NCBI GenBank assembly: GCA_963827655.1
Contig: CAWHCF010000034.1
Coordinates: 32,001-96,000, forward strand
Direction of reading: 5' to 3'
Length of the DNA: 64,000 bases
DNA from: an uncultured Acidobacteriota bacterium
GTDB lineage: Bacteria > Acidobacteriota > UBA6911
Part shown: in pieces, positions 30,862-42,042 of the stretch
How the letters are laid out: each line of letters opens with the position of its first letter
How positions within the stretch are numbered: the first letter of the stretch is position 1
Notes under the pieces: model-generated
Database searches by the model: none
What the model saw: the letters and a program-made list of their open reading frames with translations, nothing else
What the model was told of the DNA's origin: nothing
Made by a program: the position numbers and the translations under genes

Positions 30862-32355
30862 TCACTTTTGTCGTGCGCCTCGATAGTCAAGAAGTTCGTG
30901 GAGGATCTCTCGCGCGATACTCCGATCATCGAAGGGGAAAGCCTCGGTTCCGATGACCTGGTAAGTCTCATGTCCTTTGCCTGCGATCAGGACCACATCA
31001 CCCTCCCCGGCTTCATGAAGTGCGACCCCAATGGCTTCCCTTCGATCCGCGATTCGACTGTAGTCGCCGCCGCCACTCTTTAGGCCAGGCTCGATTTCCG
31101 ACAGGATCCTCTCCGGATCCTCCGTCCGGGGATTGTCCGATGTGACAATCACGCGGTCGCTTCGCCGCGAGGCGATTTCTCCCATGAGAGGCCGTTTCTT
31201 CCGGTCGCGGTCGCCGCCGCAGCCGAAGACGGTGATGATTTTCCGATGCGGGAGCTGCGATAGCGTTTCCAGCGCTTTTTCCAGGGCATCCGGGGTGTGC
31301 GCGTAGTCGACTACGACCGTGAAAGGCTGGCCGCAGTCGACCCGTTCCATGCGACCCGGTACGCCCTGGGACGACTCGATCCCGGCACGGACAGATTCCA
31401 GTGGAATGCGCAGACCGATGCTTGCGCTGACGGCGGCGAGGATGTTGTACGCATTCGGACGGCCAATCAGTCCCGACCTGAGGCTAAGTTCACCCTCGGG
31501 TGTCGCAATCCGAAGATCGCTGCTGCGGGTCCCCTGGCGCAAATCCAGTGCCCTGACATTGGCTTCGGATCTAAAACCGTAGCGAAGGACCGGGCAGGGA
31601 ACCTCACCTGCAAGCCGCTCCCCCCATGGATCATCGATGTTAACGGCGGCGAGATCGACCCGGTTTTCGCCTTCCGGCACAAAAAGGAGTCGCTTGGCCT
31701 GGTAGTAAGACTCCATATCATTATGAAAATCGAGGTGATCCGGTGTCAGGTTCGAGAAGACGCCGATTGCGAACTTTATTCCCAGTACTCTCTTTAACGC
31801 GAGGGCATGCGATGAGACTTCCAGGGCGCCGTGCGTAGCCCCGGCAATCACGGCCCTTCGCAGGAAGAGCAGGAGGTCAGGACACTCGGGTGTCGTGCGC
31901 TCGCTCGGAAACGGACTATCTCCAATCTGCATTCCGAGTGTCCCGACCAGACAAGACTTCAGTCCCGCAGCGCGAAAGATGGTATGGATTAGAAAGGATG
32001 TAGTGGTCTTGCCATTTGTGCCGGTAATGGCCACGAGATGGAGCTCTGAAGCCGGATTTCGAAAGAAAACGCCCGAGGCTCGAGCCAGGAATCTTCGCTC
32101 ATCCGGGACCCTCAAGGCGGCCGTTTCGGCCGGCACTTCGACGGTGCGCTCGGAGGCAACGGCTACTGCGCCCCGGCCGAGAGCCTCCCCGACGAATTGA
32201 GTTCCGTCCGTTTTCTCCCCTTTGATCGCCACGAAGAGGTGCCCGTCGCGGACCTTGCGTGAGTCGTACGAGATACCCAGGATGCGCACCAGAGGATTTC
32301 CTTTCAGCTCAGTGCCGGGCACCTGGTTCAAGATTTCTTGCAGCAACATCGTCAC
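30862..32355 (-). CDS. murE: UDP-MurNAc-dipeptide--meso-DAP ligase
   Basis: [24 protein letters not shown] (DAP-specific), AGKGHE. Confidence 0.96.
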   Translation of the reverse strand: MTMLLQEILNQVPGTELKGNPLVRILGISYDSRKVRDGHLFVAIKGEKTDGTQFVGEALGRGAVAVASERTVEVPAETAALRVPDERRFLARASGVFFRNPASELHLVAITGTNGKTTTSFLIHTIFRAAGLKSCLVGTLGMQIGDSPFPSERTTPECPDLLLFLRRAVIAGATHGALEVSSHALALKRVLGIKFAIGVFSNLTPDHLDFHNDMESYYQAKRLLFVPEGENRVDLAAVNIDDPWGERLAGEVPCPVLRYGFRSEANVRALDLRQGTRSSDLRIATPEGELSLRSGLIGRPNAYNILAAVSASIGLRIPLESVRAGIESSQGVPGRMERVDCGQPFTVVVDYAHTPDALEKALETLSQLPHRKIITVFGCGGDRDRKKRPLMGEIASRRSDRVIVTSDNPRTEDPERILSEIEPGLKSGGGDYSRIADRREAIGVALHEAGEGDVVLIAGKGHETYQVIGTEAFPFDDRSIAREILHELLDYRGARQK

Positions 32356-32386
32356 AGACCAGCGCTAAGACTCAAGAGCGCGCCTT

Positions 32387-34531
32387 TTATTGACGGGTTG
32401 GAACCGAAGTAACAACCTTGCTTCCGTAGGATTCTCCCTTTGTCCTGCTCTCGCCCTCGCCCGCGTGAGCCGAGGGATCGGGCACTGGCTCACGCGCCGC
32501 ATCCAACCCCGGGACCTTGCGGTGGCTGCTGAGGTTTCCCCTGGCGAACGTCACGCTGCAGGAGTCGCCCAGAGAAATTCGAGATCCCGGAGGTGGCGCC
32601 TGAAATACTGCAATTCCCGAACCAACGGCCCTGACCTGTATTCCGAGGTCCTGGCACCGATTTATGACGGTACGTTTCGCCAACCCTACGAAGTCCGGCA
32701 TAAGGATGCTTTCCGACGGAAGATGGAGTGTGATACTCCTGCTGTTCTTGTTGTCGGCGACCAGCGGAACAATCGGTGTCGCGTTAGGTAGAAAATCCTC
32801 GGAATGGGCGGAAGCCAGGGTCGGGTCCAGTTTCGGCGCCGGCAGGCTGTTATCAGGAGGCACATTCAGCTGAAGGAGCGCCTCCTGTGTGATTCTCTGG
32901 AACACCGGGGCGGAAACTTCTCCGCCATAGATAGCTCCCTTGGGTTCATCAATCTGAACCAGGACTGTGACTCGTGGCTGGGGAAGGGGAGCGAAACCGA
33001 TAAACGAAGACACGTATTTCGTGTTGGAGTAGCGACCGTCGACAATCTTCTGGGCCGTCCCGGTCTTGCCCGCCGCCCGATATCCTTCCAGGGCGGCTCG
33101 GCGTCCGGTGCCCCGTAATACGACTCCCTCGAAAGCCTGGCGCACTGCGGCGGCAGTTTCCGGGCTCATAATCCTGGAACGTTGCGGGGTGGTGGAGCGC
33201 ACCAGATCGCCATTATGATCGATAACGCGGTCGACCAGGGACGGCTTCACGCGATATCCCCCGTTGGCGATGCTGTTGATGGCGACCAGCATCTGCAAGG
33301 GTGTGACGCCAACCTCTTGACCGAACGAGATCGCGCCGATGGAGAGGCCCGACCAGGAACGCCAGTCGCGGACCAGCCCGATGATTTCGCCCGGAAGATC
33401 GATGCCCGAGCGCGAGCCGAAACCAAATTTTCGCAGTGCTTCGTGCAGCCTTTGCTCGCCCAGACGTAAGCCCAGCTTCGCCGCGCCAACGTTGGACGAG
33501 TTCTCAAGAATCTGGGTGAAGGTCAGCAGGCCGTAGGGGTGGTGGTCGTGAAAGACATGACGGCCGATTTTGATGGAACCCATCTGGCAGTCGATGAGTT
33601 CGTCGGGACGCGTCAGTCCCGCCTCCAGCGCGGCTGCCGCCACGACCACTTTGAATGTGGATCCGGGCTCGAACATGTCGGACACCGCGCGATTGCGCCA
33701 GAAGTCAGGGGCGTAGCTGGAGTAAGCGTTGCTGTTGAAATCCGGATAGCTGGCCATAGCCAGAATTCTTCCGGTATCGGATTCCATGACGATCGCGACG
33801 CCCGCAGCGGCTTGATATCTCTGGACACCCGCCGTTAGCTCTCGTTCGGCAATGTACTGGATGGACCGATCGAGGCTGAGGATCAGAGAATGCCCCTGGA
33901 CAGGGGGACGCTCAACGGTTCCTCGGAAAGAACGCCGGCGCGCGTCCACGTTGAAAGAGATCTGTCCGGGCATTCCCTTCAGTTCCTTGTCGTGCTCGAC
34001 TTCAAGCCCTGCGCCCCCGTCTCCGTTCATATTGACGAAGCCTAAGGCGTGCGAGGCCAGCTCCTTACTGGGATAGACGCGCATGCTCTCGTCGACCAGA
34101 TAAATGCCGTCGACATTCAGCGCTTCAATTCGCGCTTCCTCCTTGGGGCTGATCCGCCGTTTGATGACCTGAAAGATCTGGCGCGCTGGATCTCTGAGAC
34201 GGCTCTCCATCCCGTCCGGCTCCATTCCCAGACTGGCGGCCAGGCTGCGTGCAGCCGCCGAAATGTCTTGAATGCGCCGGGGTTCGGCTACGACCGTACT
34301 CACCGTTACGCTGGTCGCTAGTTCGTCCAGACGGCTGTCGTAAATGATCCCGCGGGGTGCCAGGATGGAACGCGTTACTTGTTGTCGTTGCAGGGCAAGC
34401 TGAGTGAACTCGCGGTGCTGAAAAACCTGAAGCTGTACGAGGCGTGCAAGGATCAAGGAACTCCACAGCGTAATGAAGGCTATTACCAGGGCATTTCTTC
34501 CCGGATGCGCTTGGGTCCCTCTCTCCATCAT
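32387..34531 (-). CDS. ftsI: Class B penicillin-binding protein with PASTA domain
   Basis: STFK, SSN, KTGT motifs; N-terminal TM; dcw position. Confidence 0.94.
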   Translation of the reverse strand: MMERGTQAHPGRNALVIAFITLWSSLILARLVQLQVFQHREFTQLALQRQQVTRSILAPRGIIYDSRLDELATSVTVSTVVAEPRRIQDISAAARSLAASLGMEPDGMESRLRDPARQIFQVIKRRISPKEEARIEALNVDGIYLVDESMRVYPSKELASHALGFVNMNGDGGAGLEVEHDKELKGMPGQISFNVDARRRSFRGTVERPPVQGHSLILSLDRSIQYIAERELTAGVQRYQAAAGVAIVMESDTGRILAMASYPDFNSNAYSSYAPDFWRNRAVSDMFEPGSTFKVVVAAAALEAGLTRPDELIDCQMGSIKIGRHVFHDHHPYGLLTFTQILENSSNVGAAKLGLRLGEQRLHEALRKFGFGSRSGIDLPGEIIGLVRDWRSWSGLSIGAISFGQEVGVTPLQMLVAINSIANGGYRVKPSLVDRVIDHNGDLVRSTTPQRSRIMSPETAAAVRQAFEGVVLRGTGRRAALEGYRAAGKTGTAQKIVDGRYSNTKYVSSFIGFAPLPQPRVTVLVQIDEPKGAIYGGEVSAPVFQRITQEALLQLNVPPDNSLPAPKLDPTLASAHSEDFLPNATPIVPLVADNKNSRSITLHLPSESILMPDFVGLAKRTVINRCQDLGIQVRAVGSGIAVFQAPPPGSRISLGDSCSVTFARGNLSSHRKVPGLDAAREPVPDPSAHAGEGESRTKGESYGSKVVTSVPTRQ

Positions 34532-34563
34532 TATTCCATGCCGAGCCAGTTACAGCCCGTTGC

Positions 34564-34989
34564 CTAGTGTGTTGCAGCGACCTTCTCTGAGTCGCCGCCC
34601 GGGCTGGTCGTTTTGGCAAGAGCCAGCTCGGACGAAGCACCCCACTCGATCTCCGGACTTACCGCCGGGATCAACTGATGCGGGCGCAAGGGGGTCATGC
34701 CTAAGAGGTCCCTGGCGATCGTGTCGATACGCGCAGGATCCTTGAGGGTCTCTGTTTCCAGGACGAGCGCCTTTTCCACCCGAAGCAGCGTCGCCTCGAG
34801 TTCCATCAAACGCTGGCTCTGGTAGCCGAGTTCGATAATCTGGCTGCGCTGCCACGCATACATGACCAGAACTCCTGCCAACACTGTCAGAACCAGGGTC
34901 ATGCAAAGAAGTCCGGCCAGGTTGCGTGAGTCGGTCACGCGCTTGATACCGTAGTTTCGAATTTCTATTCCACTTGACCAATCGGTCAT
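34564..34989 (-). CDS. ftsL: Cell division protein FtsL
   Basis: TM + coiled coil + RIDTIARDLLGM; between rsmH and ftsI. Confidence 0.85.
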   Translation of the reverse strand: MTDWSSGIEIRNYGIKRVTDSRNLAGLLCMTLVLTVLAGVLVMYAWQRSQIIELGYQSQRLMELEATLLRVEKALVLETETLKDPARIDTIARDLLGMTPLRPHQLIPAVSPEIEWGASSELALAKTTSPGGDSEKVAATH

Positions 34990-35003
34990 GAGCGATCCTC
35001 CAA

Positions 35004-35978
35004 TCAAGACGATCCCGTCGAGGCCTCGACCCGTTCAGCCGCGCGCAACCGGGCGCTTCGCGCTCGCGGATTAGCCTCCAGCTCTGACGGGCTTGGCCTT
35101 ATCGGTCGGCTGGTCAGCGTGGTGGCAAGGATGCGCCGAGGGCAGGTACAAAGCTCTCGGGGCCGGCCGCAGACGCACCGGCCGGAGAGCCTTCGAAGAG
35201 TTTGTTTTACAATTCGGTCTTCCAGGGAGTGGAAGGAAATCACGACAATCCTCCCGCCAGGCCGAAGAAAAGAAACGGCTTCCGTTACGAACTCCTCAAG
35301 TCCGTCCAGCTCCTGGTTTACCGCGATGCGTAAAGCCTGGAAAGTCCGGGTTGCCGGGTGGATAGCCGGATGGGAGCGGGTCTTCGCTGCACCGGTCACG
35401 ATCTCGCCCAGCTGCGAGCTTCGCGTGATCCGGCCTTTTTCTCTCGCGCGGACGATCGCGGCGGCAATACGCCGGGCGAAGCGTTCCTCGCCGTATCGAT
35501 AAATCAAACGCGCGAGTTCTTCCTCGGGCAATTCGTTAACCAGATCCGCCGCCGTCTGGCGCTGGCTTCGGTCCATCCGCATATCGAGCAGCCCTTCCCC
35601 CCGGAAGCTGAAACCGCGCTCCGGCGTCAGAAGCTGGTACGAGGAGACTCCCAGGTCGGCGAGGATTCCGTCCAGCGCCGGCACCGAAAGGTTGTTGAGG
35701 ATCAGGGGCAGGTTTTTGAAGTTCTCGTGGTACAGGCGGACCCTCGCGGAAAAAGCATCGAGCGCTTGCCGTGCCTTTTCCAGCGATTCCTTGTCTCGAT
35801 CCAATCCGATGAGAGTTCCATCGGGCCCGATCTTCTCCAGGATGGCACGCGCATGTCCGCCCAGACCCAGGGTGGCATCTACATAAGTCCCTCCGGATCT
35901 GCACCTTAACAGGTCCAGGACTTCGTGGAGCATTACCGGACGGTGTTCCGTTGGGCCGAGTTCCGATCGGTCGATCAT
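35004..35978 (-). CDS. rsmH: 16S rRNA m4C1402 methyltransferase
   Basis: HRPVM, DATLGLGGH, DLGVSS, FHSLEDR, NPRARSARLR. Confidence 0.97.
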   Translation of the reverse strand: MIDRSELGPTEHRPVMLHEVLDLLRCRSGGTYVDATLGLGGHARAILEKIGPDGTLIGLDRDKESLEKARQALDAFSARVRLYHENFKNLPLILNNLSVPALDGILADLGVSSYQLLTPERGFSFRGEGLLDMRMDRSQRQTAADLVNELPEEELARLIYRYGEERFARRIAAAIVRAREKGRITRSSQLGEIVTGAAKTRSHPAIHPATRTFQALRIAVNQELDGLEEFVTEAVSFLRPGGRIVVISFHSLEDRIVKQTLRRLSGRCVCGRPRELCTCPRRILATTLTSRPIRPSPSELEANPRARSARLRAAERVEASTGSS

Positions 35979-36018
35979 CAAATCTGAGTGAAAGGCTGCT
36001 CGCAGACTACCAGTCAAG

Positions 36019-36459
36019 CTAGAATCCCTGTTCTGCCAGGCGCTCGCGATCCGCGTCGGTCAATGGTTGTTCCTGAAGGCTCCTGCGAATCACCTCGTTG
36101 TTCCAGATCTCGAGGTGGTCGTTCTTCCCGATAACGATTACATCGCCGGAGATGTTTGCGTCTTCACGCAGAGCCTGCGGGATGAGGATTCTTCCCTGGG
36201 GGTCCATCTGGGTTAGGGCGCCATAATAGCTGGTGAATTTCTGAAGCTTGACTTTGGCTGGATCCATGCGGGGGGGTTCTTGAAATTTTTGGGCTACGCG
36301 CTCCCAGACGGGAATCGGGTAAATCTGGGCGCACCGGCCGTCATCGCTCGTGACAAAATAAATGTTCTCTTCGGTATCGGGGAGATCACGTCGGAACTTG
36401 GCCGGAATCTTGAGCCGGAACTTCTCGTCAATTTTCGCGGGATAACTTCCCCAGAGCAT
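36019..36459 (-). CDS. mraZ: Division/cell wall cluster transcriptional repressor
   Basis: Two AbrB-like repeats (IDEKFRLKIP, MDPQGRILIP), first gene of dcw. Confidence 0.93.
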   Translation of the reverse strand: MLWGSYPAKIDEKFRLKIPAKFRRDLPDTEENIYFVTSDDGRCAQIYPIPVWERVAQKFQEPPRMDPAKVKLQKFTSYYGALTQMDPQGRILIPQALREDANISGDVIVIGKNDHLEIWNNEVIRRSLQEQPLTDADRERLAEQGF

Positions 36460-36565
36460 AAAATTATCCGCCCACGCCTCTTAACCGTCGCTGACGTGCA
36501 ACCTATGAACCGGATTAAAGGAAAACCCTAAACAGTGGGGAATACGTCCAAGAGACCTCCATAGT

Positions 36566-36627
36566 CCAATTCAGGCCACTTTGGACCACCGGGCGCGAGC
36601 ATAAAGGCAGTGGAACTCTTCTGTCAA
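36566..36627 (-). promoter_or_regulatory. dcw promoter (TTGACA-18-TATGCT) with three MraZ boxes at 10-bp period
   Basis: -35 at 36622-36627, -10 at 36598-36603; GGTGG/AGTGG/ATTGG at 36586-90, 36576-80, 36566-70. Confidence 0.75.
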
Positions 36628-36792
36628 GTTAAATCTTTCGACTATTTACACTTCTTTGCTGACGGGAGGGCGCGAACCCGAGCCGGTTCTTGCTCGAAAA
36701 CGAGGGCGTCCCGGCAGGTTGGGCTTGCGGATCGCGGGGGTCCAGTCTATAAATCCGCAGTTCAGAACCGTGGGCGGTGATGGGGGTACCCT

Positions 36793-37917
36793 GTGAAGGT
36801 GGGAATCGTCGGCTTTCCTCAGGTCGGCAAAACGACTATCTTCGACTTGTTGACGGGCGGGCACACCGCCTCGTCACCGGGAGGGAAGGGAGAAGCCCAC
36901 GTTGGGGTGGCTCGTGTGCCGGATGCCGGGCTGAAGCATTTGGCTCAAATCTTTCGACCCGAAAAGGTTACGCCCGCAATAGTCGAATACGTGGATCTGC
37001 CCGGGCTCGCGCCCGGAGAGGAATCGGCGGCGAGCGCCCAGAAGGCTCGAGATTTGAGCACTTATCTGAAAAACTTGAAAAATGTTGATGCCTTGGTGCA
37101 TGTCGTTCGCGCTTTCGAGGATGCCGCAATTGCGCACGTGGAAGGATCCATCGATCCGGCGAGGGACATCGCCCTTTTCGAACTGGAGATGATCCTTTCA
37201 GACCTGACGATCGTTGAAAAACGCCTCGAGCGATTAGAGCGAGACACAAAGAAAATGAAGAACGTCGAGCTTGAGGCAGAGCAGGCTGTGCTGTTGAGGT
37301 TCAAGGAGGCTCTGGAAAGGGAGATGCCTCTACGTAGTCTGGAATTGACTCAGGATGAGCAGCGTCGGGTCAAAGGCTTTACCTTTCTTTCGGCAAAACC
37401 CCTCCTCCTGGTCCTCAACCTGGGGGACTCTGACGCCGGGAAAATTCCTCGGGCGGCGCGCGAGTTCAATCTTGAGGAGCAGGCTTCGATGCGCTGCGTA
37501 GCCCTCACGGCGGTCTGTGGAAAAATTGAAGCGGAAATCGCCTCGCTTTCCGATGAAGATGCTCGCGCCTTCATGGAGGATCTTGGTCTTTCGGGAAGCG
37601 GGCTCGCCCGTATTATTGAAAAATCGTACGCTTTGCTCGGCCTTATTTCCTTCTACACGGCCGGAGATCCGGAAGTCAGGGCCTGGACAATTCCCAGGCA
37701 CACTTCGGCGCAAAAGGCTGCCGGCGTCATCCATACCGATTTCGAAAAGGGTTTTATAAAAGCTGAAGTTGTTTCTTTCAAAGACATGATTGAGTTCGGT
37801 TCCTTTCAAGCGGCCAAAAGCAAGGGAGTTCTGCGTCTGGAGGGGAAGGATTACATAGTTCGCGAAGGAGACGTAATCCTCTTCCGCTTTAGTCCAGCAG
37901 CAGGCAGCAGACAGTAA
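36793..37917 (+). CDS. ychF: Ribosome-binding ATPase YchF
   Basis: GFPQVGKTT, VDLPGL, AAGVIHTDFEKGFIKAEV, EGKDYIVREGD. Confidence 0.95.
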   Translation: MKVGIVGFPQVGKTTIFDLLTGGHTASSPGGKGEAHVGVARVPDAGLKHLAQIFRPEKVTPAIVEYVDLPGLAPGEESAASAQKARDLSTYLKNLKNVDALVHVVRAFEDAAIAHVEGSIDPARDIALFELEMILSDLTIVEKRLERLERDTKKMKNVELEAEQAVLLRFKEALEREMPLRSLELTQDEQRRVKGFTFLSAKPLLLVLNLGDSDAGKIPRAAREFNLEEQASMRCVALTAVCGKIEAEIASLSDEDARAFMEDLGLSGSGLARIIEKSYALLGLISFYTAGDPEVRAWTIPRHTSAQKAAGVIHTDFEKGFIKAEVVSFKDMIEFGSFQAAKSKGVLRLEGKDYIVREGDVILFRFSPAAGSRQ

Positions 37918-37981
37918 GCGGCAAGCGGCAGCGCTCTGTTATGCTGCCGGCTGCGCACTGCCCGCCGCCTACTGCCTACTG
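37896..37981. repeat. Inverted heptamer array (GCAGTAG / CTACTGC type)
   Basis: AGCAGGCAGCAGACAGTAAGCGGCAAGCGGCAGC ... GCTGCCGGCTGCGCACTGCCCGCCGCCTACTGCCTACTG. Confidence 0.75.
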
Positions 37982-37986
37982 TTCCT

Positions 37987-38730
37987 ATGGATACACGCCT
38001 GGCATCCGTTCTGATCCTCGGCCTGGTAGCCTCGCTGGCCAATCTTCTCGGAGGTTGGCTGGTTTCGTCCCAGCACAGGATTCGGCGGCCCGCGCTAAAC
38101 ACGCTTCTGTCGGTCGGGGCAGGATTCATGCTCGCGGCTGCCATCCTCGAGGTGATCCCTCGCAGCATCGCCCTGAACCAATCGGCCGCGGTCATCATTC
38201 TGGCAGGTTATCTGTTCGTTCATCTTGTGGAACACACCATTGCCACGCATTTCCACTTTGGAGAGGAAACCCATCTCGACCAGATTCTAGGCGCCCGAGC
38301 CGCCTACTCCGCGCTCGGCGGACTGGTGCTGCACACCTTCTTCGACGGCGCGCTGATTGCGGCGGGGTTCTGGGTGTCAATGCACCTCGGGACCCTGCTG
38401 TTTCTGGCGATCTTGTTGCACAAGATCCCGGAAGGCTTTACCGCCGCAAGCATCATGCGCGCTTCAGGTCGGAGCAGCAGGGCAGCCCACCTCGCTACGC
38501 TGGCGATCAGCGTGAGCACCCTGGCGGGGGTTCTGAGCATCGGCTTCAGTCAGAACCTGGTGCGCTCCGCCCTTCCCTTCAGCGCCGGCGTCACTCTGTA
38601 TGTTGCGGCGTCCGATCTCATTCCTGAAGTGAACAAAGAAGCGCGCGGGGCCGTCTCCACAGGAGTGTTTTTCGGAGTGGCTCTCTTCTTCGTCTCTGAG
38701 TTGCTGCTGAGACTCATCTTCGCGGAGTAG
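37987..38730 (+). CDS. ZIP family metal transporter
   Basis: Multiple TMs, HFHFGEETH loop, LHTFFDG, LHKIPEG, SDLIPE. Confidence 0.92.
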   Translation: MDTRLASVLILGLVASLANLLGGWLVSSQHRIRRPALNTLLSVGAGFMLAAAILEVIPRSIALNQSAAVIILAGYLFVHLVEHTIATHFHFGEETHLDQILGARAAYSALGGLVLHTFFDGALIAAGFWVSMHLGTLLFLAILLHKIPEGFTAASIMRASGRSSRAAHLATLAISVSTLAGVLSIGFSQNLVRSALPFSAGVTLYVAASDLIPEVNKEARGAVSTGVFFGVALFFVSELLLRLIFAE

Positions 38731-38830
38731 TCTTTCCGACTTGGTGGTTGGTGTCTGCGCGGCCGGAATTGGTATTGATTTTCGCGGTAGTGGAATCTAG
38801 AATTACGCTTTTCTTCGTAGGGGAACGCCT

Positions 38831-39169
38831 GTGTACGCAGTAATCAAGAGTGGTGGAAAGCAATATCGGGTCGCAGAGGGCGAAGTGCTGCGAGTGGAGA
38901 AACTGGATGCCGATTCGGGCTCGCAAGTCGAATTTACCGATGTGCTGCTGGTAAAGACCGAAACCCGGACGTTAATAGGTCAACCCCTGGTCCAGGGGGC
39001 CATGGTTAAAGGAGTGATAGAAGGGGCCGGGAAGGCGGATAAGGTGCTCGTGTTCAAGTATAAGAAGAAGAAACAGTATCGGCGCACGCGCGGTCATCGC
39101 CAGCAGTTCTCCTCGGTTCGAATCGAAAGCATTTCAGTGGGCGGGGATCAGTCCGCGACCACCGATTGA
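38831..39169 (+). CDS. rplU: 50S ribosomal protein L21
   Basis: [14 protein letters not shown]...GHRQ. Confidence 0.97.
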   Translation: MYAVIKSGGKQYRVAEGEVLRVEKLDADSGSQVEFTDVLLVKTETRTLIGQPLVQGAMVKGVIEGAGKADKVLVFKYKKKKQYRRTRGHRQQFSSVRIESISVGGDQSATTD

Positions 39170-39182
39170 CACCGGAGGAGCT

Positions 39183-39440
39183 ATGGCTCACAAAAAGGGA
39201 GTTGGAAGTTCGAGGAACGGACGCGACAGCCAGTCCAAACGGCTGGGCGTCAAGCGCTTCGCCGGTCAGGATGTGACGGGTGGGACGATCCTGGTAAGAC
39301 AGCGAGGAACCAAGTTCAAGCCCGGCCTGAATGTCGGCATCGGCAGGGATGACACCCTTTTTGCGAAGGTTCGCGGGATCGTGAAGTTTCAAGACCGGGG
39401 AAGGCTTGGTCAGTTCGTTCACATCATTGTGGAAGGATAG
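39183..39440 (+). CDS. rpmA: 50S ribosomal protein L27
   Basis: [16 protein letters not shown]...RQRGT. Confidence 0.98.
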   Translation: MAHKKGVGSSRNGRDSQSKRLGVKRFAGQDVTGGTILVRQRGTKFKPGLNVGIGRDDTLFAKVRGIVKFQDRGRLGQFVHIIVEG

Positions 39441-39482
39441 ATATTCGGAGACTTCAAGGGCGAGCCTGAGGCTAATGACAGG
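39438..39482 (+). ncRNA. Possible Acido-Lenti-1-like RNA motif
   Basis: AGATATTCGGAGACTT...AGCC-TGA-GGCT-AATGACAG resembles my recollection of the Acido-Lenti-1 consensus; not verified. Confidence 0.45.
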
Positions 39483-39512
39483 AAGGACCCCGCAGCTGGG
39501 GTCCTTTTTTTT
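39483..39512 (+). terminator. Rho-independent terminator
   Basis: AAGGACCCC-gcagct-GGGGTCCTT followed by a T run. Confidence 0.85.
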
Positions 39513-39539
39513 TAGAGAGTTGATGGACAACATTTTTTC

Positions 39540-39670
39540 ACCGCAGTAACGCCGGGATTGTGAGATTTACTAATTCTTTTGCCTGCTCTGCGTTCTCTGC
39601 ACGCGCAACTCCGTAGAGGGCAAAGAAAAGACTCTGCGTGACTGTGCGTTCTCAGCGTCTCTGCGGTTCT
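39540..39670. repeat. Nonamer-type array (CTCTGCGTT family)
   Basis: CTCTGCGTTCTCTGC ... CTCTGCGTGACTGTGCGTTCTCAGCGTCTCTGCGGT. Confidence 0.6.
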
Positions 39671-39734
39671 TTTTCCTTTCGGTTGCGGCCTCACTGCCGC
39701 GTTATGTCTTCGCGTCTAAGCGATCGGCGCATGA

Positions 39735-40748
<1,014 letters not shown>

Positions 40749-40824
40749 CCGGCTGGCAGAAAATGCTGAGCGCCCGGCCTCATCGGTGTGCTAGCATCGC
40801 TCAGGACGACTCGACTTGGGCACG

Positions 40825-41499
40825 ATGAGAATAGGAGTTCTTGGCGGCACGTTCGATCCCATCCATCTGGGTCATCTCCACATCGCTTATAGCGCCCAGA
40901 GACTCTTCGGCCTTTCGCACGTTCACTTCGTGGTGGCTGCTGCGCCGCCCCACAAGGCCGTCGAGCATGTGATTCCTTTCAACCATCGATATGCCATGGT
41001 GGCGCTGGCTACCGCTGGTTTTCCTTCGTTTCTGCCGTCCATGACGGAGCTCGAACCGCCGGCGAGTTCATTTTCCATTCACACCTTGGGCAAGCTGGCG
41101 CGTCCTCGCCGCGGCCCGCGGCCCCGGCTCTATTTCATAGCCGGCGAAGATTCGCTTCAAGATGTGGCCAACTGGCGAGCGAGCCGCGAGCTGCTCATCT
41201 CCTACAATTTTGTCTTCGTTACGCGACCGGGAGTGCGGACCATACCGGCGGAATCCCTGTTGCCGAAAAGGACGGTCGCACGGCTGTGCGATCTGAGGGG
41301 CGTCAAGCCTCGAGAGCTGCGGCGAAAGATCGAGAAGGAACAAGAATCCAAGGAAAATCGGGTGTACCTCATCGACGTGGGAGCGCTCGACATCTCGTCT
41401 ACGCAAATTCGTGAGCGAGCCGTTTCCGGCAAGAGGATCAGTCACCTCGTGCCGGCTCCTATTCACGAATACATACAGAAACTTCATATCTACGGTTGA
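40825..41499 (+). CDS. nadD: Nicotinate-nucleotide adenylyltransferase
   Basis: GGTFDPIHLGH, PPHK, ISSTQIR. Confidence 0.95.
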   Translation: MRIGVLGGTFDPIHLGHLHIAYSAQRLFGLSHVHFVVAAAPPHKAVEHVIPFNHRYAMVALATAGFPSFLPSMTELEPPASSFSIHTLGKLARPRRGPRPRLYFIAGEDSLQDVANWRASRELLISYNFVFVTRPGVRTIPAESLLPKRTVARLCDLRGVKPRELRRKIEKEQESKENRVYLIDVGALDISSTQIRERAVSGKRISHLVPAPIHEYIQKLHIYG

Positions 41500-41502
41500 A
41501 CG

Positions 41503-41895
41503 ATGAAGGAAACTTTAAGAGTCGCCCTGGAGGCGGTTGAGGAAAAGAAGGCTCTCGACGTGGTGATCCTGGACATTTCAAGTATCGCTTCCTTTGCCAG
41601 TCATTTTCTGCTGTGCTCCGGCGATTCCTCACGCCAGATTCAAGCCATCGTCGACGAAGTCGAGAAACGGCTGAAGGACCAGGGAATTCGTCCGAAGCAT
41701 ATCGAGGGGTATCGCAACGCGGAATGGGTCTTGATGGACTACCTGGATCTTGTGGTCCATGTCTTCTCGAAGAATGCTCGGGCGTATTATGACCTGGAAA
41801 GATTGTGGAGAGATGGAAAGCGCCTCGATACCAAGAAGCTTCTCAAGCCCAGACCTGCTGCAAAGAAGCCTGCGAAGAAGGTCAGGCAATCGTGA
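41503..41895 (+). CDS. rsfS: Ribosome silencing factor
   Basis: EKKALDV, WVLMDYLDLVVHVF, YYDLERLW. Confidence 0.95.
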   Translation: MKETLRVALEAVEEKKALDVVILDISSIASFASHFLLCSGDSSRQIQAIVDEVEKRLKDQGIRPKHIEGYRNAEWVLMDYLDLVVHVFSKNARAYYDLERLWRDGKRLDTKKLLKPRPAAKKPAKKVRQS

Positions 41896-42042
41896 GGGCA
41901 ATCTCAGCCAGGTTCGTGGCGTTTCTTCGTGTCTTTTCGTCCTGGTGGTTGCCAAGCCGGCTCTGTTGAATTGGCTACTTCCTTAAAGTAAAATTCGCTG
42001 CTTTGCCGACTGGTCGCGGAGATGTGAGGGTTATCTCGGGCC

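Noticed and set aside
19385-36459. dcw cluster lacking murB and ddl
   Set aside because: These genes are often located outside the cluster; not unusual
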